From assembly GCF_006345805.1 (NCBI RefSeq), contig NC_043012.1, positions 56,978,001-57,042,000 on the forward strand: a stretch of 64,000 nucleotides of DNA, in the 5' to 3' direction. Made by a program: the position numbers and the translations under genes. This document shows, piece by piece, positions 1 to 11,180 of this stretch (the first letter of the stretch is position 1; every line of letters starts with the position of its first letter). The notes beneath the pieces were generated by a model that saw only the letters and a program-made list of their open reading frames with translations, did not search any database and was not told the DNA's origin. This stretch comes from Octopus sinensis (taxonomy: Eukaryota).

Positions 1-2
1 AT

Positions 3-1390
3 GATTTTGACCTAAACCACATACCTGGTAAAGAATCAATTGTTGCAGATACCCTATCACGTGCATACCTTGAGCAAAATACTCCAGAAGTATCAGACGA
101 AGATATGAAATCGCACATTCATGCAGTAATAAAAAATTACCCCATAACCGACACTAAATTAAACGAGTATAAAGAAGCCACTGCAGACGACCCGTCTCTA
201 CAGACACTCGTCACATTTACAAGAACAGAATGGCCCCCAAAAGACAAAATACCAATAAACATCAAACCATTCGTATCTGTTCGTGATGAAATATCAATCG
301 TCAATGGTCTTGTTCTAAAAGGTTCAAGAATAATTGTACCTAAGTCATTACGTAGAGAAGCTCTACAGGAAATACATACCGGACACATGGGTATCGAAAA
401 ATGCATAGAGAGAGCGAAGGAATGTATATACTGGCCCGGCATTAACGCTCAAATCAAAGACATGATTAACACATGCTCATACTGCATTGACTACAAAAAT
501 CAACAAGCAGCCGAACCACTAATAAATCATGAAATACCTACTACACCATGGACCAAATGGGTACAGACGTATTTCACCTGTCTGGAAATTCGTATGTCAC
601 AATTATTGACTATACAACAAGATTTTTTGATCTACACGAAATAAATGATTGCCAGTCAAAAACCGTAATCAAAAAATTAAAAGAAACTTTTGCTAAATTC
701 GGAATTCCGCAAACAGTTGTAAGTGACAACGGTCCAGAATTCAATTCGGCTGAATTCAAAAAATTTGCAAAAAATTGGCATTTTCATCACACGAAGACAA
801 GCCCGCATTATCATCAAGCGAATGGCATGGTTGAGAGAAATATACAGACAATAAAAAAGACGCTAAAAAAGGCATTCAAAAGTGACGAAGAACCTCAGTT
901 AGCGCTCTTAGCATTACGCACGACTAAATTACAAAATGGTGCACCATCCCCTGCAAATCAAATAATGAATAGAACATTGCGAACAAATCTCCCAAACATA
1001 CTACACGACAAAATTGGAATCAGGCCTCACGAAAAGAAGAAATCAAACATTACAACAGAATTCCCAGAGTTAAAACCACACGACACGGTTAGAATTAAGT
1101 TTAACAACAATTGGTTTAGAAGGGGCAAAATAATTAAAAAACTAGAGCAACCTCGTTCATACTTAGTAATAACAGAGGAAGGAAATACAGTCAAACGAAA
1201 TAGACAACATATTCTTAAAACAAACGAACACGTTCGCATAACAGAAGAATTAGATTATGAAAATATATTTCCAAAGTCAACAAACACGCATGAAAAAACA
1301 AAAACAGCACAACTACAGAATTCAACACTACAAAATAATAAAACCACAAAAAGTGGACGACGAATAATTATTCCCTGTAGATACAGATGA
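3..1390 (+). pseudogene. Gypsy/Ty3 pol 3' part (end of RNase H, H2C2 zinc finger, DDE integrase) with one frameshift near 557
   Basis: Frame from nt 3 reads DFDLNHIPGKESIVADTLSRA...HTGHMGIEKC...YWPGI...CSYC. It continues in the next frame (ORF 548-1390) as GTDVF...SDNGPEF...ANGMVER...SGRRIIIPCRYR. The 5' part lies outside the window. Confidence 0.93.
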
Positions 1391-1430
1391 TATAAAAAAA
1401 AATTGAAAAAAAAAAAAAAAAAAGGGAAGA

Positions 1431-1660
1431 TGTTATATAATCATCACAACAAACATGAACAATCAACGTCGCCCATTGTCTCCCTTGATAAAAGGACTTT
1501 CACTTTGTTTCCCGCCAAAACAATTAACTTGTACAACAACGGCAGTCGAATAAAGTATCTTGTATCGTTAACACGTTGTTTCAGTCTCTCTCATTTTCTT
1601 AATCTTTCATACTAAGTACTCACTACTTCCTTTAATACTCAATACTATATATATATAACA
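1431..1660 (+). mobile_element. 3' LTR of the first Gypsy element (230 bp)
   Basis: Polypurine tract ending aaagggaaga at 1430. Inverted termini TGTTATATA...TATATAACA and an internal AATAAA. Sits inside a family-A SINE. Confidence 0.85.
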
Positions 1661-1665
1661 ACAAC

Positions 1666-1990
1666 AACTGGTACTTAAATTATTGATCCCTAAAAGATGA
1701 AAGGCAAAGTCAACCTCGGAGGAATTAGAACTCAGAACATAGCGGCAGATGAAATACACATTTATATTTCTTTACTACCCACTAGGGGCTAAACACAGAG
1801 AGGACAAACAAGGACAGACAAACGGATTAAGTCGATTATATCGACCCCAGTGTGTGACTGGTACTTATTTAATCGACCCCGAAAGGATGAAAGGCAAAGT
1901 TGACCTCGGTGGAATTTGAACTCAGAACGTAGCGGCAGACAAAATACCGCTAAGCATTTTGCTTGGCATGCTAACGATTCTGCCAGCTCA
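1666..1990 (-). mobile_element. Family-A tRNA-headed SINE (Meta/MESC-like central domain), dimer
   Basis: Reverse complement of ...gagttcaaattccgccgaggtcgactttgcctttcatcctttcggggtcgat... (B box followed by conserved core). The domain name is from recollection of published consensus. Confidence 0.75.
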
Positions 1991-1998
1991 TCGTCCTC

Positions 1999-1999
<1 letters not shown>

Positions 2000-2036
<37 letters not shown>

Positions 2037-2061
2037 TATGATGATAATGATAATAATAGTA

Positions 2062-2096
<35 letters not shown>

Positions 2097-2205
2097 AATA
2101 ATGATAATAATAATAATGATGATAATGATAATAATAATAATAATGATAATAATAATAATAATAATAATGATAATAATAATAATAATAATAATAACTACAA
2201 CAACA
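2000..2205. repeat. (AAT)n/(GAT) microsatellite, tail of the adjacent minus-strand family-A SINE (about 2205-2392)
   Basis: Direct reading. Explains the poly-N and poly-I ORFs. Confidence 0.95.
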
Positions 2206-2437
2206 ATCCTTTCTGCTATAGGCACAAAGCCAGAAATTTGATGGGAAGGGACTAGTCGATTAGGTGGACCCAGTGTTTCACTGGTACTTAATTTATCGAC
2301 CCTGAAAGGATGAAAGGCAAAGTCAACAACCTCAGCAGAATTTGAATTCATAACATGAAGACAGATGAAATGCTGCTAAGCATTTTGCCACCTTAATAAT
2401 AATAATGATAATAATAATAATAATGATAATAATAATA

Positions 2438-2472
<35 letters not shown>

Positions 2473-2499
2473 AATAATCCTTTCAAATATAGGCACAAG

Positions 2500-3045
2500 G
2501 CGAGCTGGCAGAAACGTTAGCACGCCGGGCGAAATGCTTAGTGGTATTTCATGTGCTGTTACGTTCTGAGTTCAAATTTTGCCGAAGTCAACTTTGCCTT
2601 TCATCTTTTCGGGGTCGATTAAATAAGTACCAGTTACGCAATGGGGGTTGATATAATCGACTTAATCCGTTTGTTCCCTCTGTGTTTAGCCCCTTGTGGG
2701 TAGTAAAGAAATAGGTATTTCGTCTGCCGCTACGTTCTGAGTTCAAATTCCGCCGAGGTCGACTTTGCCTTTCATCCTTTCAGGGTCGATTAAATAAGTA
2801 CAAGTTACGCACTGTGGTCTATATATTCAACTTAATCCATTTGTCCCCTCTGTATTTAGCCCCTTGTGGGTAGTAAAGAAATAGGTATTTCATCTGCCGC
2901 TACGTTCTGAGTTCAAATTCCGCCGAGGTCGACTTTGCCGTTCATCGTTTCGGAGTCGATAAATTAAGTACCATTTGCGTACCGGGATCAATCGACAGGC
3001 CCCTTCCACAAAATTTTGGGTATTGTGCCTAGAGTAGAAAAGAAT
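2500..3045 (+). mobile_element. Family-A SINE trimer (one full head plus two head-truncated units)
   Basis: Head gcgagctggcagaaacg at 2500. Junctions gaaatag|gtatttc at 2708-2721 and 2878-2891. Confidence 0.85.
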
Positions 3046-3415
3046 ATTTTTTTGCTTGTGTTCATGGGTTTTCCCTAACTTAATCTCGACAAAGTACCAC
3101 CGAAACTGAACGGAAAGTATTTTCTGTCACTATCTTATTTACTGGTGCTTCTTAAAAGTAATTGTTTTCATAGCAGAAAACAGAAATATAATACAACTGC
3201 TTTAAAGAAAAAAAAAGAAGCTTGCTTTCCAATCACATGGTTTCGGGTTCAGTCCCACTGCCTGGCACTTTGGGCAAGTGTCTTCTACTATAGCCTCAGG
3301 CTGACCAAAGCCTTGTGAATGGATTTGGTAGGCGGAAACTGAAAGAAGCCCATCGTATATATATATATATAAGAAAGAAATGGAGTTAAACGCAGGTGTT
3401 ATTCAAAGCTATATA

Positions 3416-3502
3416 CTTCCGACATGTTTCGAAGAAAACATTGGTATTATTCCAGAGGGAATAAAATGACGTAAAACAATGCGATCTTCTCATCAGGGAA
3501 AA
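3416..3502 (-). ncRNA. Type I hammerhead ribozyme, minimal palindromic stem III and long stem II
   Basis: Minus strand: ttttcc CTGATGA gaag...cttc GAAA c at GTC ggaag. Stem I ttcc/ggaa, stem II gaag/cttc with inner cattg/caatg and ttattcc/ggaataa, palindrome ACATGT, GUC triplet. Confidence 0.8.
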
Positions 3503-3597
3503 AAGAGAAACAATAACTTGCCAGTGTTCCCTTCATGTTATACGCAGTCATCACATTCGGTTAAAATGGCTTATTGATGTGTTTTGTTTCTCTTTTT

Positions 3598-3686
3598 TTT
3601 CTCCTGATGAGAAGGTCACATTGTTTTACATCATTTTATTCCTTCTAGAATAATGCCAATGTTTTCTTCGAAACATATGTCGGAAG
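3598..3686 (+). ncRNA. Type I hammerhead ribozyme, second (inverted) copy
   Basis: ctc CTGATGA (3604-3610) gaag...cttc GAAA c atat GTC (3679-3681) ggaag. Palindrome ACATATGT. Stem I is weaker than in the left copy. Confidence 0.7.
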
Positions 3687-4829
3687 TATAAAGATTTGAA
3701 TAACACTTGTGCTTAACTCCATTTCTTTATCTGTTATACAAAAACATTTCTTTAAATCCTGGAGTTTCTACCTTTACAAGGAGGCTGTAGCATCCTTGGT
3801 GCTTATGTGAATCTTTTGCTAAATATTTGTTTATTTTTTTCCGTGTTACTTGTACACATTGAAAGAATACACATGCATTTATATATATGTGTGTGTGTAT
3901 GTGTGTGCGTGAATCCGCGTGCGCCCACGCACACATGTGTATGTGTGTGTGCGTCTTTGTGTCTCTTTTTCTCCCCATCACCGCTTGACAACCGGTGTTG
4001 GTGTGTTTACGTTCCTGTAACTTAGCAGTTCGGCAAGAGACACACTATAGAATAAGTACTAGGCTTATGGAATAAGTCCTATGGTCGATTTGTTCGACTC
4101 TAAAATCCTTCAAGGCAGATCTCCAGTATGGCCGCAGTCACATGACAGAAACAAGTAAAAGAAAAGAAAAATAAAATATTTGGGTTTTCGTTTCGACATT
4201 TAACGTTGCCCTTGATGTATTTATCTGCTCCTTATTTGCACCCCGCCCTTCTCTAAATTCACCCTTTCTATAAAAGGCACAAGGGCCTGAAATGTTTTGC
4301 GGGAGGGAACCAGTCGATCACATGGGACCCAGTGATTCACTGGTTCTTAATTTATCGACACCGAAAGGATGAAAATTGACCTCGGCGGAATTTGAACTCA
4401 GAATGTAAAGACGGACGAAATGCCGCTAAGCATTTTGTCCGGCGTGCTAACGATTTTGCCAGCTTACCAGCTTTTGCTAAATCCACCCTACTTGCACCCG
4501 TACTGGTTTTCTATAAAAAAAAAAACAACAACAAAAAACAAAACAAAAAACAAAAACATTGTCCATGGATCCCACATGTGTATGATAAAGTTTTTGAAAT
4601 TTTGTTTCCTGAGATGGAATTTTAAAAATTTAAACTTAAATGATATTTAATACAAGCCGAAGGCAACACATTTTTGTACGAGAAGGACAGAGTTGTCTTG
4701 GCTGCATTTATTAAACTCGATGCTCAACTGATTTTGTCATTCGAATGTCCCGCGAAAGTACTTTTTCAAAGTGCAGGCTTGGGCAAAAGTGCTTGTTTTT
4801 CCCCTTAAGAATCGAAATCGAAATCGAAT

Positions 4830-5172
4830 TGAACCAGCCAGGATCCCTGGTCTGGTGGTACGTAAAAAGCACTATCCGACTCGTGGCCGATGCCAGCGCC
4901 GCCTCGACTGGCTTCCGTGCCGGTGGCGCATAAAATACACCAATCCGACCGTGGCCGTTGCCAGCCTCGCCTGGCACCTGTGCAGGTGGCACGTAAAAAG
5001 CACCCACTACACTCACGGAGTGGTTGGCATTAGGAAGGGCATCCAGCTGTAGAAACATTGCCAGATAAGACTGGAGCCTGGTGCAGCCTTCTGGCTTCCC
5101 AGATCCCCGGTCGAACCGTCCAACCCATGCTAGCATGGAGAACGGACGTTAAACGATGATGATGATGATGAT
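4830..5172 (+). mobile_element. 3' UTR fragment of an RTE-X-like LINE (internal ggtggcacgtaaaaagcacc units, (GAT)n tail)
   Basis: Same sequence follows the ORF end in the copies at 45165-45757 and 50268-50958. Confidence 0.7.
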
Positions 5173-5518
5173 GAATAACCACTAGTTGCTCATACACGAG
5201 TCTCCTCTACCTCTTTGCCCCACCTCTCTGTCTGTCTGTCTCTCTCTGTGTGCCTCCAATGTCGAAACTAGTATCTCGCCAATATGTTCTGCTGTTACTG
5301 TTGTCTCCGGCGTTGCGAACAGAACGTAAACTGCCGGAACAGATACCACTAAAAGAATCCAATTCATTGCTTCGAACTGGTTCTTTGCTCATCGACCTCG
5401 GAGGGAAGAAGGGCAAAGTTAATCTCGACAGGATTTCAACCTAGAGCGTAGAGCGATGAAACAGATAACACAAAGAATTCTATGTGATGCTCTACCGATT
5501 CTACTAATCAACCGCCCA

Positions 5519-5682
5519 CAGGGCCGGCCCAAGGTACTGGAAACTCGAGCAGTCGCCCCTGGGTGCCATGTGCTTTTTAGTTTACATTTTCAGTTTTTCT
5601 CGTTGTGAAAGTTTTAAAATATTATACATGGGCGCCGAAGTTCAGCTTGTCCGGGGCGCCAGCAACACTAGGGCCGTGCCTG
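5519..5682. mobile_element. hAT-like MITE, 164 bp
   Basis: Imperfect TIR CAGGGCCGGCCC / GGGCCGTGCCTG. Perfect 8-bp TSD ACCGCCCA at 5511-5518 and 5683-5690. Confidence 0.85.
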
Positions 5683-5799
5683 ACCGCCCACAATAAAATA
5701 TTGACATTCACCGAAGGAGTCTCTGCCTGGTTACTAGAAATAGCAGCTAAATCACTCTTAAGTTTCTAGTCACCGCTTTGAAAGGCGAAGGGGAAACGC

Positions 5800-6118
5800 C
5801 CGCACACACACGCACGCACGCACGCACGCACGCACACGCACACACACACACATACACACGCGCGCACACACATACTCACGCGCGCACACACATACACACA
5901 CGCACACACAGACATCCGCGCGCACACACACACACACACACGCGAGCACACTCACACGCACACAGACATACACACGCACACGCACACATATACACATACA
6001 CACGCACACACACACACGCGCACATATACACATACACATACACATACACGCGCGCGCGCGCACACACACACACATGCGCGCGCACACACACTCACACACA
6101 CACCACACACACACACAG
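5800..6118. repeat. Compound (CA)n/(CG)n/(CACG)n microsatellite
   Basis: Direct reading. Source of the CV/HT-repeat ORFs. Confidence 0.95.
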
Positions 6119-6742
6119 ATAAGACGAAGTCACAAAAACGTCGGAAATCACTTCTGCAGAAATAGCAGTCAAATCTCCCTCAAGTTCCACCAACCTATCA
6201 CAAAGAATTAGGATATACTTGACAATGTTCTCTCTTCTTCATACGGAAATAAAATGGAATTGCCACGGCTGGAACGCCTTTCACCATTGAATTGCTTGAT
6301 ACGGAGAAAACATGTACCAAAACAACAACAAAACTAATTGTTACTTTATTCCTTTTCAAAATTAGTTTCTAAAAAGATGTAGTAAAGGGAGACTACTCAG
6401 GAAATAAACCTACAGAGTTCATAACCATGTTTTAATGTGTCTGCAAATCTTCAAATAACTTCCCTTTTTTATTGAATGAAAATGAACGGAGCCTTCTCAT
6501 TTATGCTTTTACTTGTGTCAGTCATTTGACTGCGGCCATGGTGGAGCACCGCCTTTAGTCGAAGAAATCGATCTCAGGTCTTATTTTGCCGAACCACTAA
6601 GTTTCGGGGACGTAGACATACCAAATCCACTCACAAGGCTTTGGTCGACGAAAGCCTTTGTGATTGGATTTGGTAGAAGAAAACTGAAAGAAGCCCGTCA
6701 CATACATACATACATACATACATACATACATACATACATACA

Positions 6743-6778
<36 letters not shown>

Positions 6779-7289
6779 TATTTATGTATATATTTATACC
6801 CTACTTTTCTGAAATTACTATATATATATATATAATTTTCTTTCGAAAAACACAAATAGCGTAGAAGTGTTCAAATCGAACTCGAGGCGTTGGACAAGTA
6901 TAAAAGATACAGTAGAAAAGGTTCAAATCAGGCAGACTATGATTAACACACCGATATACGGGTTTAAATGGGATAAAATAAGAACTGTCCAATCTGAAAC
7001 ATATATTGATACATTAGAAATATAAAAATATAGAAATATAAAAATATACAAGGATATATAGATATATAGACATGTAAACATAATAATAATAGAATATAGA
7101 TAAAAATAATGTAATATAGAAAATGGACCTTGTATTTGTTTAATATATGACAATAGTAAGTGCATTGTACGTGTTATTTTATTTATTAATACAGTAATGG
7201 CAACTAGAGTTCATTGAAATTAGGTAATTTACTCATTCTTGGATGTAATGATAGTAATGGTAAACTAAGTTATTGAAGTATTTATGTTG

Positions 7290-8147
7290 TATTAAGAGTG
7301 AATATTTCTTTATAAACAATGTTTCTTGTTTTATTTCGGGGTGCCTAAGCAAAAAAGATTTGCTTTTGCTCCCGCTCATGATGCTCCTACATAAAGTCGA
7401 CGACCATGTGAAAAGCATTGTTGTTCAAGTTGCAATCCAGCAGATTTTAGTGTTTGGCCCTGAATTTTATTAATGCTCATGGCAAAAAAAAAAAAACACG
7501 GATAAGAAACTGTAACCGCTTAAACTGGAATGAGACATTAGACGATATAACTGGTATGCAAGGAATAAAAATGGTCTCACCTTCACCACAACCAGTGAGA
7601 ATATTTGCCTCAATATCCAATACTCAATGAGTTTGTGCACAATTAATCTTGTATCATTGAATAATTTTGGTTAAGCAAATTATGTAATAGCGTAATAGGA
7701 GTCCATTTATTTTGGCTGAAGACAACGAGGCGCTGTATCTGGTACTTCTAGCGAGTTTAAGAATTCGATGCGGTAGTTAACAATATCCTGATCATCAACA
7801 ACACTGTCAATTGAGTTATAAGTGAATAACTCTCCTGGAAGTTTATTCAATAGCATATTATTAATGCTATATACAGTAACATATTTTGGAGCCAGGATAG
7901 CTCGCTCACAGATCCAATCTGCATTGCTGTAATTATGAAGGAGATTAGGAAAGATTTCATCCACCAAATCATCGACCGAACTAATTAAATTACATATTGG
8001 ATTGAGTGTAAGAAATTAGACAATAGTATAATAGTTTCCCTTGAACCAGGTGCTTTCATTTTGCCGGAGAAAGGAAGAGACACAATTTCTATTTATACAT
8101 ACATACATGCATACATACATACATACATACATACATACATACATACA

Positions 8148-8178
<31 letters not shown>

Positions 8179-8245
8179 GTTTCTATAGTTTCATTTTGGT
8201 GGACAAACAAACAAACGGACAGAATCTCTCTCTTATATTAACAGA
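7290..8245 (-). mobile_element. Internally deleted Helitron with degraded Pif1 helicase C-terminus
   Basis: ORF 7707-7967 reads ERAILAPK...INNMLLNKLPGE...EFLNSL. Downstream remnants read FKRLQF...AMSINKIQGQTL...FSHG..LYVG...NIVYKEIF. TC-start 5' end tctgttaatataagag near 8245, followed by (TATG)n. Confidence 0.85.
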
Positions 8246-8300
8246 ATGAGATAAAAAAATCCAAGTCTGTGAAAGTTTTTAGAACATTTATAAAGAGAAG

Positions 8301-8348
8301 GTCTTACAGCTGTTTCTGGGATATTTTATATATCCCTTCATGAGAGAC
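8301..8348 (-). ncRNA. Degenerate hammerhead motif (G5 to C) in a Penelope-like remnant
   Basis: Minus strand: gtct CTCATGA a gggata...tatccc a GAAA c agct GTA agac. Stems I and II pair and the ACAGCTGT palindrome is present, but the core G5 is C. Confidence 0.6.
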
Positions 8349-9092
8349 GGTGCGAGAAAATGTTTAAGTAATATTCATTATAGAGAAGATATGAAATACA
8401 GAGTAAAGTGGAGGAACGAAAACAGACGTGAGATACGTAAGGATACTGTATCTGCAGTTCCATTATTTAAGCAGAATGGTGTATATATAAGTTTCCTGTA
8501 CCTTGTGTGTGAGTTCCAATGGTGTTTATAATTGGTCATTCCAAGCATAGAGTCTTGTAGACGGTGTTATTCGATCGAGGATTTTTTTGAAGTGACTTAA
8601 CAGTTGGGTATGTGTTTGTAAGGTCAAATGTGTGTATGTATGTAAATTGAAAAACTATTTCAGGGCTTCAACTGATAAATAGCTTCCAATAATAAATACT
8701 TCAGAACGTGAAGACGGACGAAATGCTGCTAAGCATTTCGTCCGGCGTGCTAACAATTGTTCCAGCTCGCATTCAATTGAACTCAGAGTGCACGGAGCTG
8801 GAACAAATACCGCAAAGCATTCTTTTCCACGCCCTAATGACTCGACCAGTTTGTCATATCAAAGAACACTGATATGATTCAAGCTGGTGGATAAGTCCAT
8901 CTTTATTGTGTCTACTACCATAAGGAAGAATTGAACTTAGCGATAAAACACGGACTTAGTTAAAGCGACTCCCCTATCTTTCAGCTACCATCAGTTCAAG
9001 AGTTGTCTTTAGTCAAAAGAAATACATTTCCAGCTGTGAATATAAGAACCAGTAACCTGATACAGAGACCACACAAGCAGTGTTAGAAAATA

Positions 9093-9266
9093 ACTATTTT
9101 TAAATCTCACAACGAGAGATATTCAGCAACAGTACTTTGGAGTAAAGATTTTTGCCAACATAACAGGGCAGCCCTGGTTTAGAACGAATGTTGCTGGGGC
9201 TAAATTACAGCAACATTCGTCCTAAACCAGGACTACCATGTTATGTTGGCAAAAATCTTTACTCCA
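9093..9266. mobile_element. Foldback element of about 129 bp (9138-9266) with a 45-bp asymmetric leader, copy 1
   Basis: tggagtaaagatttttgccaacataac.../...gttatgttggcaaaaatctttactcca. The same leader plus hairpin is at 24230-24403. Confidence 0.75.
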
Positions 9267-9649
9267 CAAGCAGTGTTGTTGGACGTTGTTGTTGCACCTC
9301 AGGCAGAACCAAGCTGGAATTGAGTAGATTTAGGATCAAAAGTGTTCCAGACATGACCATCTTGTCCTTTTCTCGGAAATAGAATATTTAAAGCAACTAC
9401 GATAACCAATGTGGCTTTTCTCTCCTTTCAAAATTCAGGATGTGAACTTAAAAGAGATTTGGTTGCTATTTCTAGCAGGCCGACTGACTGCGTAGACATC
9501 CGCCTTGTCTCATTTATGAGCTGTGAATTTTTGCTGTTTAGTTCCAGGTCTGCCTCGATCGAACAAACATGTGATCAAAGGCGTTCCAATATTGGCTACT
9601 TCGCTTTTTCTTTCACGATTATATTATCTAATGTGTCCTGTCTCTACTC

Positions 9650-10025
9650 TTTTACTTGTTTCGGTCATTTGACTGTGGCCATGCTAGAGCACCGCCTTTA
9701 GTCGAGCAAATCGACCCCAGGACTTATTCTTTGTGAGCCTAGTACTTATTCTATCGGTCTCTTTTGCCGAACCACTAAGTTACGAGGACATAAACACACC
9801 AGCATCGGTTGTCAAGCAATGTTGGAGGAACAAACACAGACACACAAACATATACACACACGCACACACACACACATATATACGACGGGTTTCTTTCAGT
9901 TTCCGTCTACCAAATCCACTCACAAGGCTTTGGTCGGCCCGAGACTATAGTAGAAGATACTTGCACAAGGTGCCACGCAGTGGGACTGAACCCGAAACCA
10001 TGTGGTCGGTAAGCAAGCTACTTAC
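9650..10025 (-). mobile_element. Family-B tRNA-headed SINE (CORE-like ccttgggcaag segment, internal microsatellite, (gtaaaaga)n tail)
   Basis: Matches the more than 20 copies in the window. B-box-like gggttcagtccc is present; the 5' end is truncated. Confidence 0.8.
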
Positions 10026-10397
10026 CACACTCCTACGCCTGTCTCTGTAAATGTTAGGTTGAGATTCGAAGAAGATTTGGCTATTATAACTAGTAGCGCA
10101 AGTTACCACGTACAGGCTTCCTCCTTGGCTCGTATATTTCTATAGCTTGAAGAAAGGTATAGGACGAAAAGCATAGAATGTTGTAGCATTGGTTTCAAAT
10201 TTTGGCACAAAGCCAGTAATTTCGGGGTGGGGTGGGGGCGGATAAATCGATCACATCGACCCCGGTGCTTAACTGCTACATATTTCATGGACTCCGAAAG
10301 AATGAAAGGCAAAACTGACTTCGGCGGAATTTGAACTCAGAACACAAAGATTGATGAAATGCTGCTAAGCATTTTGCCTGGCGTGCTAACAATTCTC

Positions 10398-11180
10398 ATT
10401 TCTTTACTACCCACAAGGGGCTACACACAGAGGGGACAAATAAGGACAGACAAACGGATTGAGTCGATTACATCGACTCCAGTGCGTAACTGGTACTTAT
10501 TTAATCGACCCCGAAAGGATGAAAGGCAAAGTCGACCTCGGCGGAATTTGAACTCAGAACGTAGCGGCAGACGAAATACCTATTTCTTTACTACCCACAA
10601 GGGGCTAAACACAGAGAGGACAAACAAGGGCAGACAATCGTATTAAGTCGATTATATCGACCCCAGTGCGTAACTGGTACTTAATTTATCGACCCCGAAA
10701 GGATGAGAGGCAAAGTCGACCTCGGCGGAATTTGAACTCAGAACGTAGCAGCAGACGAAATACCTATTTCTTTACTACCCACAAGGGGCTAAACACAGAA
10801 AGGACAAACAAGGACAGACAAACGTATCAAGTCAATAATATCGACCCCAGTGCGTAACTGGTACTTATTTAATCGACCCCGAAAGGATGAAAGGCAAAGT
10901 TGACCTCGGCGGAATTTGAACTCAGAACGTAGCGGCAGACGAAATACCTATTTCTTTACTACCCACAAGGGGCTAAACACAGAAAGGACAAACAAGGACA
11001 GACAAACGTATTAAGTCGATTATATCGACCCCAGTGCGTAAGTGGTACTTATTTAATCGACCCTGAAAGGATGAAAAGCAAAGTCGACCTCGGCAGAAAT
11101 TTGAACTCAGAACGTAGCGGCAGACGAAATACCGCTAAGCATTTCGCCCGGTGTGCAAACGTTTCTGCCAGCTTTCCACC
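10398..11180 (-). mobile_element. Family-A SINE tetramer, 184-bp period
   Basis: atttctttactac recurs at 10398, 10582, 10766 and 10950. Only the last unit has the full head. Confidence 0.9.

Larger units (their letters stand above)
3374..3728. repeat. Inverted repeat of about 140 bp (3374-3513 / 3584-3728), Penelope-like pseudo-LTR pair
   Basis: The two arms are imperfect reverse complements, and each carries a hammerhead core. Confidence 0.85.

Noticed and set aside
10398-11180. CRISPR-like or satellite array
   Set aside because: The units are whole SINE bodies with no unique spacers.
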